Positions 27,901-39,182 of a DNA stretch of 64,000 nt are shown here, one piece after another. This DNA comes from Yuukianura sp. NJ FZ-2021. Lineage: Eukaryota. A model generated the notes under the pieces. That model searched no databases, was not told the DNA's origin, and saw only the letters and a list, made by a program, of their open reading frames with translations. Every line of letters starts with the position of its first letter. Within the stretch, counting starts at the first letter, position 1. The DNA lies in assembly GCA_046563655.1 (NCBI GenBank), contig CM102284.1:5208001-5272000 (forward strand), written 5' to 3'. Position numbers and translations under genes: made by a program.

Positions 27901-29724
27901 TGTAAGTCGTTGGACACACTCCGGAAATGTCAGTCTCCAGAACGGGGTCATCGGATTCATCCTTCCTAGCAGTATTTTGGAACATTGATGCAAGTCCTCT
28001 TTTGATATTGACAGACCATGCAGGATCTGTTGATTCAGAACATACTCCACCAATGGCACCATCTTGGAACGAAAATCGGAGTGACGTGCCTTCAAAGGAC
28101 GACAGACCGTTGTTTTTGGTAATCTAGGTCAAAGGTCAACATTTGTAAAACCAAAATTCTTTAACAAATTTTACTAATGATTTTAATCTCACCTCCCTCG
28201 TTGGACCGACAATCTTTGTTCCTCTGACGGTCAGCACAAATTCGCAACTTGATTTTGCAAAAAGTAATACTCTTCCTTGAATTCTGATTTTACTTTCTTC
28301 GTCTGTTGTTTGAGCCAATCGGGTAATTACTTCCGTTTCAAAATTGTAGTTGTACGTATTTCCAGCAGTATACTTTAGTCTATCCGTTGCTGCAAATCAT
28401 AATTGTTAGATTAGTCTCCAAAAAAAAGTTAGTAATTTTACTAGCGTATCTTAAAAAATGCATCGTGGCAATTTTAGCCGTAGTCGACCTGGACAATGGC
28501 AAGGTCAAAAGGTTAAGGTTGTACACAAGAGAAGCTTTTTTAATCGTTCACAGGTTATCAGTTAGCGGTAAGACCTCTTTCGCTACACGCTCATGTGCGA
28601 TTAATATTGCTGCTAAGCACGTTTGTAAGATTATTAGCACGGGTTAGCAAATTTACGACCTCTGGGTGTCAGTTTGCCAATTTCTGATGGGTCATTACGG
28701 GTCATGAAATTTTGATTTCACTTCCTACAGAGTTAAAGCTGTTTTATGAAGACATTTTTTTAAAACGAGATAAAAGATTCAAGACATTGCTATCGTCATC
28801 GACAATAACGTCAACATTGATGCGCGATGCGCATCCTGGTCCATTTTTGTTTGTTTTTCTCAGTATAACTGTTGAATAAAGCCTGATCAACTTGTTTGTT
28901 CTTTTGATTATATTCAGGATTGGTTTTTCAAGTTTCGATTTCGAAAAACCGGATTTTTCAAGAAAAAAATATATAATTAAGAGAATTTTAAATTATGAAA
29001 AGCATAAAATCCAGATAAAGAATTTTTTATACATAACAAATCAAAACACATTTTGAAATCACCGTTTACCAGAAAAAAAATTTTATGCGGCGTCCAACCC
29101 TTTTTCATGGATTTCAAATTGCGATTTCTCGAATTCAATTTCAATTTCAGGAATTAATTAAAAGCAAATTAAATTCTAGCTGTATTTTAATTATTCATTC
29201 GCATAACTTTACGTTGCAATTCTAATGTATTAGATACTTCCGGGAAATTTAATAGTTCATAAATAACTCGTTTAAACCTCCGCGTATCATTTTCAGGTAC
29301 CGAATTTCCGAATTGTTACGCCACATTTTTTGAAATTGAGTAACTTTTTTTAACTTACGTTTGCAACATGCCGGGTCTGGACTACAGCTATCCTGGTTAC
29401 ACACAACTTTGGTTGGAGCTAGAAATCAAAATGAAAAAAATGACATTAAAATACAATTGAATCGTAGATTTCGCACAAAGCAAAAATATGTTTCAACTAA
29501 TAAAGGTTTAGACACAACGTTTTAGGTTTTCAAAAATCCTTCCTTTTGTTTTTTTGTTCATGATTTAACCTTTAATTAATAATTTATAATTAATAATTTA
29601 ATTAATTTTCAAAAATAGTTGAAACAATTTACGTACCTGTTAGAACAAGCGGAGCTAGCGAGACGGTGGAGACAATGACGAGTAGGATGCTGGGGATGCG
29701 GTGACCTTTGGGAGCGTGACCCAT
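15916..29724 (-). CDS. LLTP-B: multi-exon apolipophorin/apoLTP-like large lipid transfer protein (LLT domain, long beta-rich middle, vWD and C8-like C-terminus)
   Basis: ATG at 29724 opens a signal-peptide exon (MGHAPKGHRIPSILLVIVSTVSLAPLVLT; exon ends 29637). The next exon from 28389 reads TDRLKYTAGNTYNYNFET. LLT motifs ETDISGVCPTTY, HALQALGNL, LRIQSYLAI, VPTASGLPL. Furin site RSKR at 26075-26086. vWD motifs YYKTFDNKFFHFEGKCQYILASDF and GFYQGKTNGLLGTYNHE. The last exon is Cys-rich (PCFSVESPVGYKWTC..VCTSATAYQAIC) and ends with TGA at 15916. Minus-strand AATAAA at 15727-15732. Confidence 0.9.
16997..17285. repeat. Intronic tandem duplication (period about 160 nt) in LLTP-B
   Basis: AGATTCT.TAAAAATGTTTTT.AAAAAAATTAATTT..CGACACCAGTTAAAAA.TCTACACCTCA..AATTAATGATTTGTACGG occurs at about 17000-17145 and again at about 17160-17285. 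Confidence 0.8.
19990..20270 (-). repeat. Inverted, diverged copy of the 14230-15680 repeat family inside an LLTP-B intron
   Basis: The reverse complement of 20121-20219 (ATTTCAACTTTCTTGCGATTTCTTCAACTCCATCG..AGTTGCAGAA..TTTCGCAGAATTTGGTGCAAAAATTTTGCAAAAAGCAC) aligns with 15551-15648. Confidence 0.7.
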
Positions 29725-32700
29725 GGTGACCTCCGATGCAGTCCCAGAGAATTTAACAGTACGACTCCAAATGCTATGCTGGGGGTATTGAACTGGATCT
29801 TGTTCTTCCTGGGTCGTTCCCTATGAAATGAAATGAAAACCCGTTTTGAAATCCGACAGTGTCAAAAGAAAACTTGTTCACGATGACGATCTTGTATTTT
29901 TTAACTGTTACTGCTCAAAAGATTGGAACTAACTTTCTGGCCTCCTCTGATCTCCCTTCCGTCGTGGAAGGAAATGTTATGATTAATTACAAAATTAAAG
30001 TAAAGAGAATCTTTAGGATTAAGAGCTACCCAAAATCTTCCAGAGATTCTCATCCCTCTCTCAACATACAAACATAATCTAAAATGCTCCCTTTCCAGAA
30101 TCACGTTCTCAAGAGGTCAAATACAAACTTACTCCAAAAATAGGCTATAACTTTCCAATTCCAGCTTAACCTAACCTAACATTGTATCAAAATGCTGGAA
30201 AAGTGAAAGTTACGTTGCACAGTTGCATATCAAAATAATTCAACAAACAAAAAGCTTCACTAAAGTAGGTCTCCTAACTTCCAGTGACAAAAATACAAAG
30301 GGAAACGTGTAACCGTTTTTCAAAATTTTCAAAAGATGTGTGAGAACAATGATCGAAAAGTTTGGGAATTCTGGTTTTTCTGGGGGAAATTTAGTTTCGA
30401 AATTCGAAATACATTTGGTTTTTTCTTTAAATAAATGGAAATTATGAAATTGAAAATTTTGCGTACCTTTGTGTAGTAATTTTGAAAAGCTTCGTCGAGT
30501 TGACTCGCCTGGTCCAGTTACAGCTTAGATTGACATTCAGGGTTGCGTTGGGCGTAAACCTTCCAGAACAGTGTCGAATTAACTTCCGTTTTCTCTTTGC
30601 AAAGTAATTGAGGTGTCAGGTAACTATCAGATTCTTGATTAGTTAATTGCTGAAGATCTGAAAGATGACTGACGGCTGGAAATCCAGTGTCACACAAACA
30701 AAAGTCACTGGGGCGGATGTCCCAACCGAGGATGTAGTCCAGGATGAAGGTGATGCTGCGGGGGTGGGGGTTAAAAAGTTAAGTAACTGAAGTTAACGCA
30801 CAGTCAATTCTGTAAACTAAACAAACATTATTTAAAAAATATATTAAATAAATAATAAAAGAATAGAACAGATTTTCAGATTTTGCAAGTACACCTCACA
30901 ATTTACGTCACCCTACGCAATTTTTGAATAATTTGGATCTTTCACTAATACAAATTCGCGTGCTATTTAGATAATTTTTTGATGATGAACGAAAACCAGA
31001 TTTATGAATGTTTATGAATTTCAATTCCAACTTTGAAATCTGCAAAACCTACACACGCCACACTATGTAAATGGTTTAAAAAATCGCCAATTCTCTGCAA
31101 ATTGCAAAGCAGAAAGAAAAATGGTGAAAAATTCGCATGAGAGATCATTGACGTCTGTAGAAGATCAAATCAGCTTCAGTAATTGCATGTCCTTGCGTTA
31201 CACGGACAGTGAGAGGCTGTCACTAAACATGTCACTGACAGCTTTAGTATAATTCGAAACTTAAACCTTGAAAAAATTCATTAGTTTGACTTAATAACAT
31301 AAAAAATAGCAATAACACAGTTAGTTACTAAATATAATTGTCATTTTGACATGCGTAAAGAATTGTGAGATCCTAAACATTTAATTCCACTTCACCTTTC
31401 ATACATTTAAATACTACAATTAATTTGCAAGTTCCATCACATGATTTCAATTTTCCCATTTTGTGTTTTTTACACTTCGTGAAATTTAGCATTTAGTGTG
31501 ATTTTGAAATGGAATCAGCGGTTCGGTTTCGGTGGTCTTGTGAATTAACATAAAGTCTCAATTAAATTAATTAACTATAAATTAATTAATTCGGTTCCTT
31601 CTCTTAAGACGATATTTAGTTTTACCTTACTAAACAAAACCAATGCGGTTCCATAAGTGCCTAAAACGAAAAAACTCAACTTTACATAAATTTTTAGCGC
31701 GAAGGAACAGAAGTTCGTTGTAGAGGTCATGGGTTGAAGGTTACTAAAAATTTAGTTAAATTAAACCGTACATACTAACGTAAGAGAATGATTAACGCAA
31801 TTGGACCTACCAAGGCTAGGGCAACATTTTGACCAAAAAAAAATTGACATTTTGACATGATTGTTTTTCGTTCTACACAACAACATCTCTTGGACTAAAC
31901 CAAGTATTACACATCAGTCTAAAAACAATTCATTCTACTTAAGTTACTTACTAGTTTAGCTTAATAATGCGAAAATTAAGGTGCCTACGATTGGCCCAAC
32001 TAAGGAACAAAATTTAGTGCCAAAAGTTAATCTGAGATTGTTTCCACTGGGTTTCAATAGATTGAGCATTTACATAAAATTGCTCATATTGCTCAATTGA
32101 ATTTAATTGAAGTTCATTAAACTAAAGTTCCAGGCCCAAAAACTATTGGAGGGATTAGCACTCTTAACTTCCTTTGTCGACTAAACTTTCATGTCATGTT
32201 CAACTACTCGAAAACCCAAAATTAGCCAGAAAAAACTGCTTTTCGGGTAGTTTTTGGCTGAAATCGTGACGGGTTGAAGGTCATGTTTTAGCAAATTGTG
32301 AAAGGGATACGCTAACGAGTGAATCATCAGTACTCTTGACACGATATCATAAGTGTCCAGATTCCGAAAATTGGTGACTCAACTTTTAGGAAATGTTCTG
32401 GAGTAAGAGTCATTGTCACATTTGAGGTTAATTTGATTCTAAACACTAAACGTTGGGCAACTCCTACTCCAGAACAAACTTTAACTTTCCCCAATTCCAA
32501 GGTTTCTATTTCCAAATTCCCATTTTTTGGCAACAACTATTACTGCCAAATCTGGAGCACACTTTGCGTTAAGCTCGCGGTACTTAACCCACTCTACTCT
32601 GCTCCAAAAATTGCATATTTCGCAAAAAGCTAACACAATTATTGGCCAATTGGAATTTAAATCACAGACTCTCATTACCTTTTGGCTAATGACAGTAATC

Positions 32701-32911
32701 TACTGTTTCCTTATACTGGGGAAATTGGAATTTTGGATTGGCTCATGGGGGGAATTAATCAATTAACGTTGAGGATGACTGATTAAAACCGATTTGAATT
32801 ACGGAAAAGCGAAAATGAGAGGGGGAGGGACACGAAAATGAAATTGTAGTAGAGCAAAGTATTTGAGACGTACTGAAGGACCTGAGATGAGTCGACGAAG
32901 GACTCCGATAC

Positions 32912-35085
32912 CTATAAATCTGGAAATCGATTTGGTTTCTCTTCATAGTCCTTGGGGATACTAAAATGTTCTTCAGGAAGATCCGATCGAAAGGCAAATT
33001 CCTGGAATGTAATTTTTGCAGTAATGGTTGGAAGAATTGGGATTTCAATTTTGACTGGAAATCCATTTGCTAAAAGTTACGAAACCAAACTTAACACCTT
33101 TCATGTGGCAATACGCAAATTACTTCCTAATAAACTAAAAAGTAAAGAAAACGATTGATTCAACTTACGAAGTTTGAGAAGAACAAATTCACGCAGCTTC
33201 TTCAGATGCTTGAATGGTGTGACAACTTCTAGAATGTTGAGGAGCATGTCGACATTCATGGGGAACTCGTCGCTCTAGGGAAATGTAAAACCGATTTTAA
33301 ATGCTTTCTCGATTTTTGTCACTAGCTGTTACAAAATATTTGTAGAATTCATTGCAAGATGACATACCATGGCTAGTGTAGCTTTGAATCCTTTGGTTGA
33401 AGATTTTAACTGTAATGGTCGCCCTAAATGAGGCTGTTGTCCAGGTTCTGAATTAATGTAGTCCTCCCATGACACGTTGGGCTTCGGTGGAGGCGGTAGA
33501 GATTCACGTCTTTTGTATTCATCCTAAGAATTTGATTAAAAAAAATTAACCAATTTTGAAATGAACAACATCATGATAACGTGCGAGGTGTGAAAAACGG
33601 GTAAGAGGTTATGAAATTCAAAGCACGTAATGAGCTATATGCGCTTTGTGGCGTTTACCTCTCCAGGTTCACTGCCGTTCATATCCGAACCGGCATTCGG
33701 TTTTGTAAAACTGTCCACCAGTGCTTCTTTGTTTTTAATGAGATCTTCCTCAGTCAAATGTTCCCGCCTTTTTTGAGATATCAGACTAAAAGCCAAATAC
33801 AAAAACTTGATGTGATCGGCCTTTCAAATTCAATTTCATGAAAGTTGATCCAATGACGAAGTTTACCTAATTCCAGTAACTGAATAGAAATCAGCTGCAA
33901 ATGGTCCCACCATCTCTCGTTTATCCTGCCTAACGAACCAACCGGATTGGGTGCGCTCGAAATGTACTTCCTTTGTGGACATTTGAGCCATGATGATATC
34001 ATTGGACATCAGTATGTCCACTTCATCCTCAAACTCAATGTCAACGTCCTAGGGTAACAAAAACATAGTTTAAGCGAATTGGAAGTCAACAAGGATGTTC
34101 CAGGTATTGATGACTGTGTTTATCTCAGGAATGAGGATATGATGTTAGTTACCTGCTGCGTAATAAGCTGATAAACTTTGAGTTTGTTATCCATTACAAC
34201 TAGAGGAGAATGATTGTTGTTCCCACCGCCAACTTGATGATGGAGATGAGTTCCGTTGAACACAAATGAAATGTCACCACGTTCCCACTTCATGTCATTG
34301 AAATCAAGCAACGTCGTGTCAAGACGGATTGATGAACCTCGCTTGTAGATTTTGCAAATGTCCGACGGCAGTATTCTTGACACAAATGGAACTGCACAAA
34401 AGATTAACATAGTTAACAACCGAATGTACTCGCTTAAACTTAGTATTAATCGTGGACATAGTCAAGTACCCCAGCTTTGAAAGTCCCATTTCAATTCCAT
34501 CTGAAAGTCTTGGATCCTTTCCAGAGCTTTGATTATGTAAGGTCTTCTGGATGACATCTGTTCACGCATTTGTTGCTTGGACTTCCGGAATAAAGATATA
34601 ACTGTAAACAGAGATGGTGAGTCGATTTAGAAGACGATAGTTACTTCAATGTAAACAAATTAAGTCAGTTGAACTGAAATCTTACTTGTTGTTCTATCAC
34701 CGTAACTAATTGCTTCAGCTAAACAGCTCCAACCTTTAGAATTCTTGGCTTTAACTGGAGCACCATGAGCCAGCAGTAGCTGAATACATTCTTTATGACC
34801 AAGCATAACAGAGATGTGAAGAGGCGTGTTTCCTATTGAAAATGTAAACAAAACAAGACATTTTAAAGTACGTCATTTGCATAAGTAAGAAATAGTGTTA
34901 AAAGAGATCATCTTACCGTGAGGATCCTTTTGTGCTACATCATACTGCCCTTGTCGAAGGAGAAGAGCCAGTTCTCGAACACTTGAATGAAATGCGGCCT
35001 TATGTAAAGGGTATGTCATGGCGAGGTCACTGGAGGACTTAGACTTGGACGTGTCCACAACACTCTTCTGCATTATTGCTGACAT
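32912..35085 (-). CDS. ANKRD13C: Ankyrin repeat domain-containing protein 13C-like (ankyrin repeats plus GPCR-chaperone domain), multi-exon
   Basis: YPLHKAAF..KDPHGNTPLHISVMLGHKECIQLLLAHGAPVKAKNSKGWSCLAEAISYGDR; MELKWDFQSWVPFVSRILPSDICKIYKRGSSIRLDTTLLDFNDMKWERGDISF; C-terminus GFPVKIEIPILPTITAKITFQEF..IPKDYEEKPNRFPDL* with TAG at 32912. The start codon is uncertain among nearby ATGs. Confidence 0.92.
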
Positions 35086-36129
35086 TGCTGTTGTAACAGA
35101 CGTTACTGGCCCGGTGTTTGTCTACTTAACAAACTTTGATGAGAGATCTTTGATTCCGTTAATTCTGTCTAAAAATTCAGAAAAGAACACAATGAATGAG
35201 TTGAAATGAAAGCTCACAAATCATATGTGAATGACAAAATGACACCGTACTCGCACTGTTACCAAACCACAAGTCGTGTAGTCTGTAGTAGAGTAACAGT
35301 AACGTGTCTGTCTATTCTAATCAATTCAAGTTTGTCTTTTGTGTTTACCTGAGGCACATGACTTGTGTAATAAAGGGAAGTTTCATCATCTCCATCTCAT
35401 CCGGTGGTGCTGTGACACAATGTTGTCTCGGCCATTCATAACAGATCCATAGACGCCTACAAACAGCTAAAGGAAGAATAACATGAATATGATGACGCGA
35501 ATGAACTGAGCTTCATATCAAATGTTACTTACTACTGGTCTTACGTTTCTTCAGATGTCAGAGGAGTCTAGAAAGTAGAGTTTCTTATTCCCAGATTCCG
35601 GAGTGTTTTTTAGTAGAATTGGCGTACAAACTTCTGGAAATTCCAACATAATCTTAATCAATCATGCCAAAATCTCATAAACAGGCTGTTTGACACAATA
35701 ACCACCATAAACTCATAGTACATAAGTACTCTTAGATTAGAATCTTGACACAAATGCAAAACCAGTGTAATCAATCAAACGTATCTTCAAATTGAATTTC
35801 CTTACTACTGCTTTGACACTTACCCTACCCCAGGCCCCGGCTCGGCTCGACGTCGTAAAGCAATGAACCTTTTGAAATCTTAATTGAAGTCAATTTGGAC
35901 TCACTGGATGTCAACGTGTCATGTCACTATGTGTACGCCGTCTCATCTGGCCGTCTACTTGTTTTGTAAGTACTACTGTGACAAGTGACAGTACTTATTT
36001 ATAACTGTCAGGGTTCACCAGGGCAGTGTGATAGATTATAGAGCAAAATCGTTTTCCAAGCGAACAAATGTCAAACAGCGAACCAAACTAAACAACACAA
36101 CTGCAAGTTCACACTAATCGATTCCAAAT

Positions 36130-36510
36130 TAGCTATCGATTACCTTTTTATGCTCATCGATTAACGAACTGAGGAGAGGAACTAACACACCCAACACAAA
36201 GACAAAACCGAACACCGATTGATTACTTTTGGAAATGGAAACTGAAATTTTAAATTGGAAATTCGAATAATTCAAGGGTCCCGCCGCTTTCCACTGTGCA
36301 GCACGTGAACGAAAACAAGTCTTTATGAATGAACACTACGTCATGAATGAAAACAAAAACATCGACACTGCGCATGCCAGAGTTTTACTACGATGCTCTG
36401 ATTGGCTGTAGTAACTAAGGTTGTAAAAAGGCGTGACCGGAAGTTGTAAAATGTGTAACAAGTTCCGTTTTCGGAAGAGTCCACTCATTTACCTTCTCTC
36501 CCTCCAGTGA
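36130..36510. promoter_or_regulatory. Motif-rich, probably bidirectional housekeeping promoter upstream of ANKRD13C
   Basis: DRE-like TATCGATT at about 36134, E-box CACGTG 36302-36307, NRF1/Ewg-like TGCGCATGC 36369-36377, CCAAT box (CTGATTGGCT) 36398-36407, ETS site ACCGGAAGT 36436-36444, and a pyrimidine run CCTTCTCTCCCTCC at about 36492-36505. Confidence 0.6.
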
Positions 36511-37900
36511 CCTGTTCATTGTCCAACGCCATTCAATTTTCGTCTTTTCCAAACTTCAGTCTTTTTAGTGGATATTCGCTTCAAAACTATTTTTTGAAAT
36601 GTTAATTAATGTTTTAATTGTATTAATTGATTTGACTTGTTTTAATGATTAATTATTAGTGTATTAATTAGAGCATATCATACGTATTTATTAATAGCTC
36701 GTCATTACTATGAAATTAGTGTTATTAAAGTAAATTCGTTTCTATTTTACGCTAAATGAGTTTTTTTCTATGCAGAACCTGTTTCTCTTCAGAATTCGGT
36801 TAAATCAAATGCGAAATCAAAAAGCATTTTCTTCTATCAAAACGATAACCTGCTAACAATACGACGGACAACAAAATTAAATGAAGACGGAAGTAACTTT
36901 TCCTAGACTTTAGACATTACGTACACGTTTCTATTTTTTGTTGGTCTTGATAACTGGAATGACTTTGCCGGAGGCGTTGTATTTGCAATTGGGAATTCAG
37001 GGACCACAGGTTTTGGTCACGTAAGATTTAGGAACACAAAAGTTTTTTGGCAGAAGTAAATTGCGCAGATAAGATCACAATCAAATCCTGCTGGATACAG
37101 TGGGATAAGAATTGAAATTATTGCAGTTTCTCAAACTTAATTTGTCAACATAGTATCAAATTGAAAGTGAACTAATAAGCAGGAAAAGCTTAAATTAGAG
37201 CAGGCAGATCAACCCAGTTTAGACTTTCTGTTCTTAGCTTCTGTGTCATACCTGTTCTAAACATCTTTTTTGTTCTTAATAAGAATCATGCGTTGTGCAT
37301 AGGAAAATTGGTTTTTGAAGGTAAGCTCAATGGTTATTACTTGTGAAGGTCATTGTTCCATTAGATAGGAAATTGGAAATTTGTATGCCATGGCATTGCT
37401 GCATTTCCTTAAGTATTTTGGTCTTGTCAATGCCAGCTTCCTATGTTATCCCATTTGACTTCTACAATGACGCTCTTGCGTCGGACATCCAAACAACCTG
37501 TAATTTCAGACTCCAAATTACTTGGGTCCTAGACGCAGTCAAGAAGAGATCAAGGAACAAACGTACTTCCGCGAAAAGTTTCAGTAAAAATATACCTTTG
37601 TTTACATTTTCCAGTTCTATCTTGGAAATTGTTAAGAAATCATGAAATTCGAAGCGTTATCGACTCATCAATCGACGCCAGAAATCGACGGAAAGGAATC
37701 AGCTAAGACAGAGATCGCTAAGAAACAACAGGCTGCAACTTCCTCATTTTGTTTTGGCGGAATCAAGGTATGGAAATACAAAGTAAGTAGAGTTTTCAAA
37801 TAGTAGAGTTTGATTATTTGAATTATTAATAATTATTTGAATTATTAATAATTATTATTAAAATTTAAAAACAAAATGTATTCAGCCAATCTGAGAGTGT
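36490..37900 (+). other. Putative spliced transcription unit with small exons (non-coding RNA host or micropeptide gene)
   Basis: AG/GT-bounded exon-like blocks at 36907 (or 37001)-37020, 37303-37320 (AG|GTAAGC), 37510-37562 and 37615-37767, downstream of the promoter cluster. No recognisable protein is encoded. Confidence 0.4.
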
Positions 37901-39150
37901 AAGCTTCATTCATCTTTCTACCTGTATTGAATTTATTCCTCGAATCCTTAGTTATAGTTGAAACAAATTTCACTCGGACTTAATGTACAGCATCTTGTAT
38001 GTTGTTACCTTACAAATTGTATTTTTCAAAATTTAAAATTTAATCAACATATTTTATATCTCCATAATACGAAACATAATTTCTAATGTTTTGTGTTTTT
38101 TATAATATCTTTTTATAATTATGTTTGTCGTTCCTTGGATAGTGCCAAATAGATTTGGGTCACACCTTCTAATTTATCTAGATTGCGATATGGTGCTTGG
38201 CTAAAAGCAGTTCCACGTTGAAGTGAAGCGTTAAACAGACCGACAAATTACAGCCCGCCCCTTGTAGTTAGACCGAAAAGTGACAAATGACACTTCATAT
38301 CATCCACATATCTCAAATCACACGTCAATATTCTCCCTCAAAATGTTTAACGATAGGTCAAAGATCATTTTCAGAGGTCAAACATCTAGTATGATCTAAA
38401 CATTTCTTTAAGCGAAACCTTTTTTTCTGATTTACATTTTGACTCTTCCGGATCTGAACTTTCTACTGCCTTGGCTCAAAGTGAATCCAAGATTACCAGA
38501 GACAGCAAAAGATTGACATCTTTGTTGATTTCTGTGAAGGCCCATCCTGGATGAGTCATCCAGAATCAATACTCCGTCATGAATAAAGAAATTCCAAAAC
38601 TTTTGTTTAGAACAGAGCTTTTTTTAAGCGACGGAGCTGGAAGGAGAAGTGCATAGGGGGTTGCTTAGGAACAAAACTACACACTAGCCCGAAATATACT
38701 GGTTGTCCAGAGTAAACTTTTTGCGCAACGTCCAATTCCAAAGTGTCAACTCAACTGATAATCGAAACTGTGGTTCATAGTTTCAATCTAGAGCAGTTCA
38801 TTAGTGGAAATTAGAAACAGAGCTATAAAACTATTATGCCAAACAGTTTTAGACCACTTCTAGGCTTCTAGGCTTCGAAAACACTTATATTGCAAAATAG
38901 CGTTATACCACTGGGGCACTACCCTACTTTAATTTAAAAAGTGCAGGTTTTAGCACATTTACAACTGAGAAAATTTCTGTTAATTATAACGAATTTCCAC
39001 AAGGGGAAAAAAGTTGCGAATTTTCTCACGCTATTAGACAGTTCCGAGGATTAAAATTTTCACAGTCAAATAAATTTTTCAGTTTAGATTGACTGTGCAA
39101 AAATTGTGCACCACATAAATTCAGAGCGCATTACAGTAGTATTTAAGTGC

Positions 39151-39163
39151 AGGTCAAAGGTCA
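39151..39163 (+). promoter_or_regulatory. Perfect DR1 nuclear-receptor element 20 nt upstream of the FAAH-A ATG (one of eight perfect copies in the window)
   Basis: Exact AGGTCAAAGGTCA. DR1 is the consensus bound by HNF4, COUP-TF/Seven-up and RXR/USP. Confidence 0.55.
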
Positions 39164-39182
39164 AAAGTACATTTGAGTAACA

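Noticed and set aside
30900-32760. Non-coding stretch with several 60-80 aa ORFs between LLTP-B and ANKRD13C
   Set aside because: No domain motifs and no consistent splice pattern; the ORFs overlap on both strands as expected by chance.
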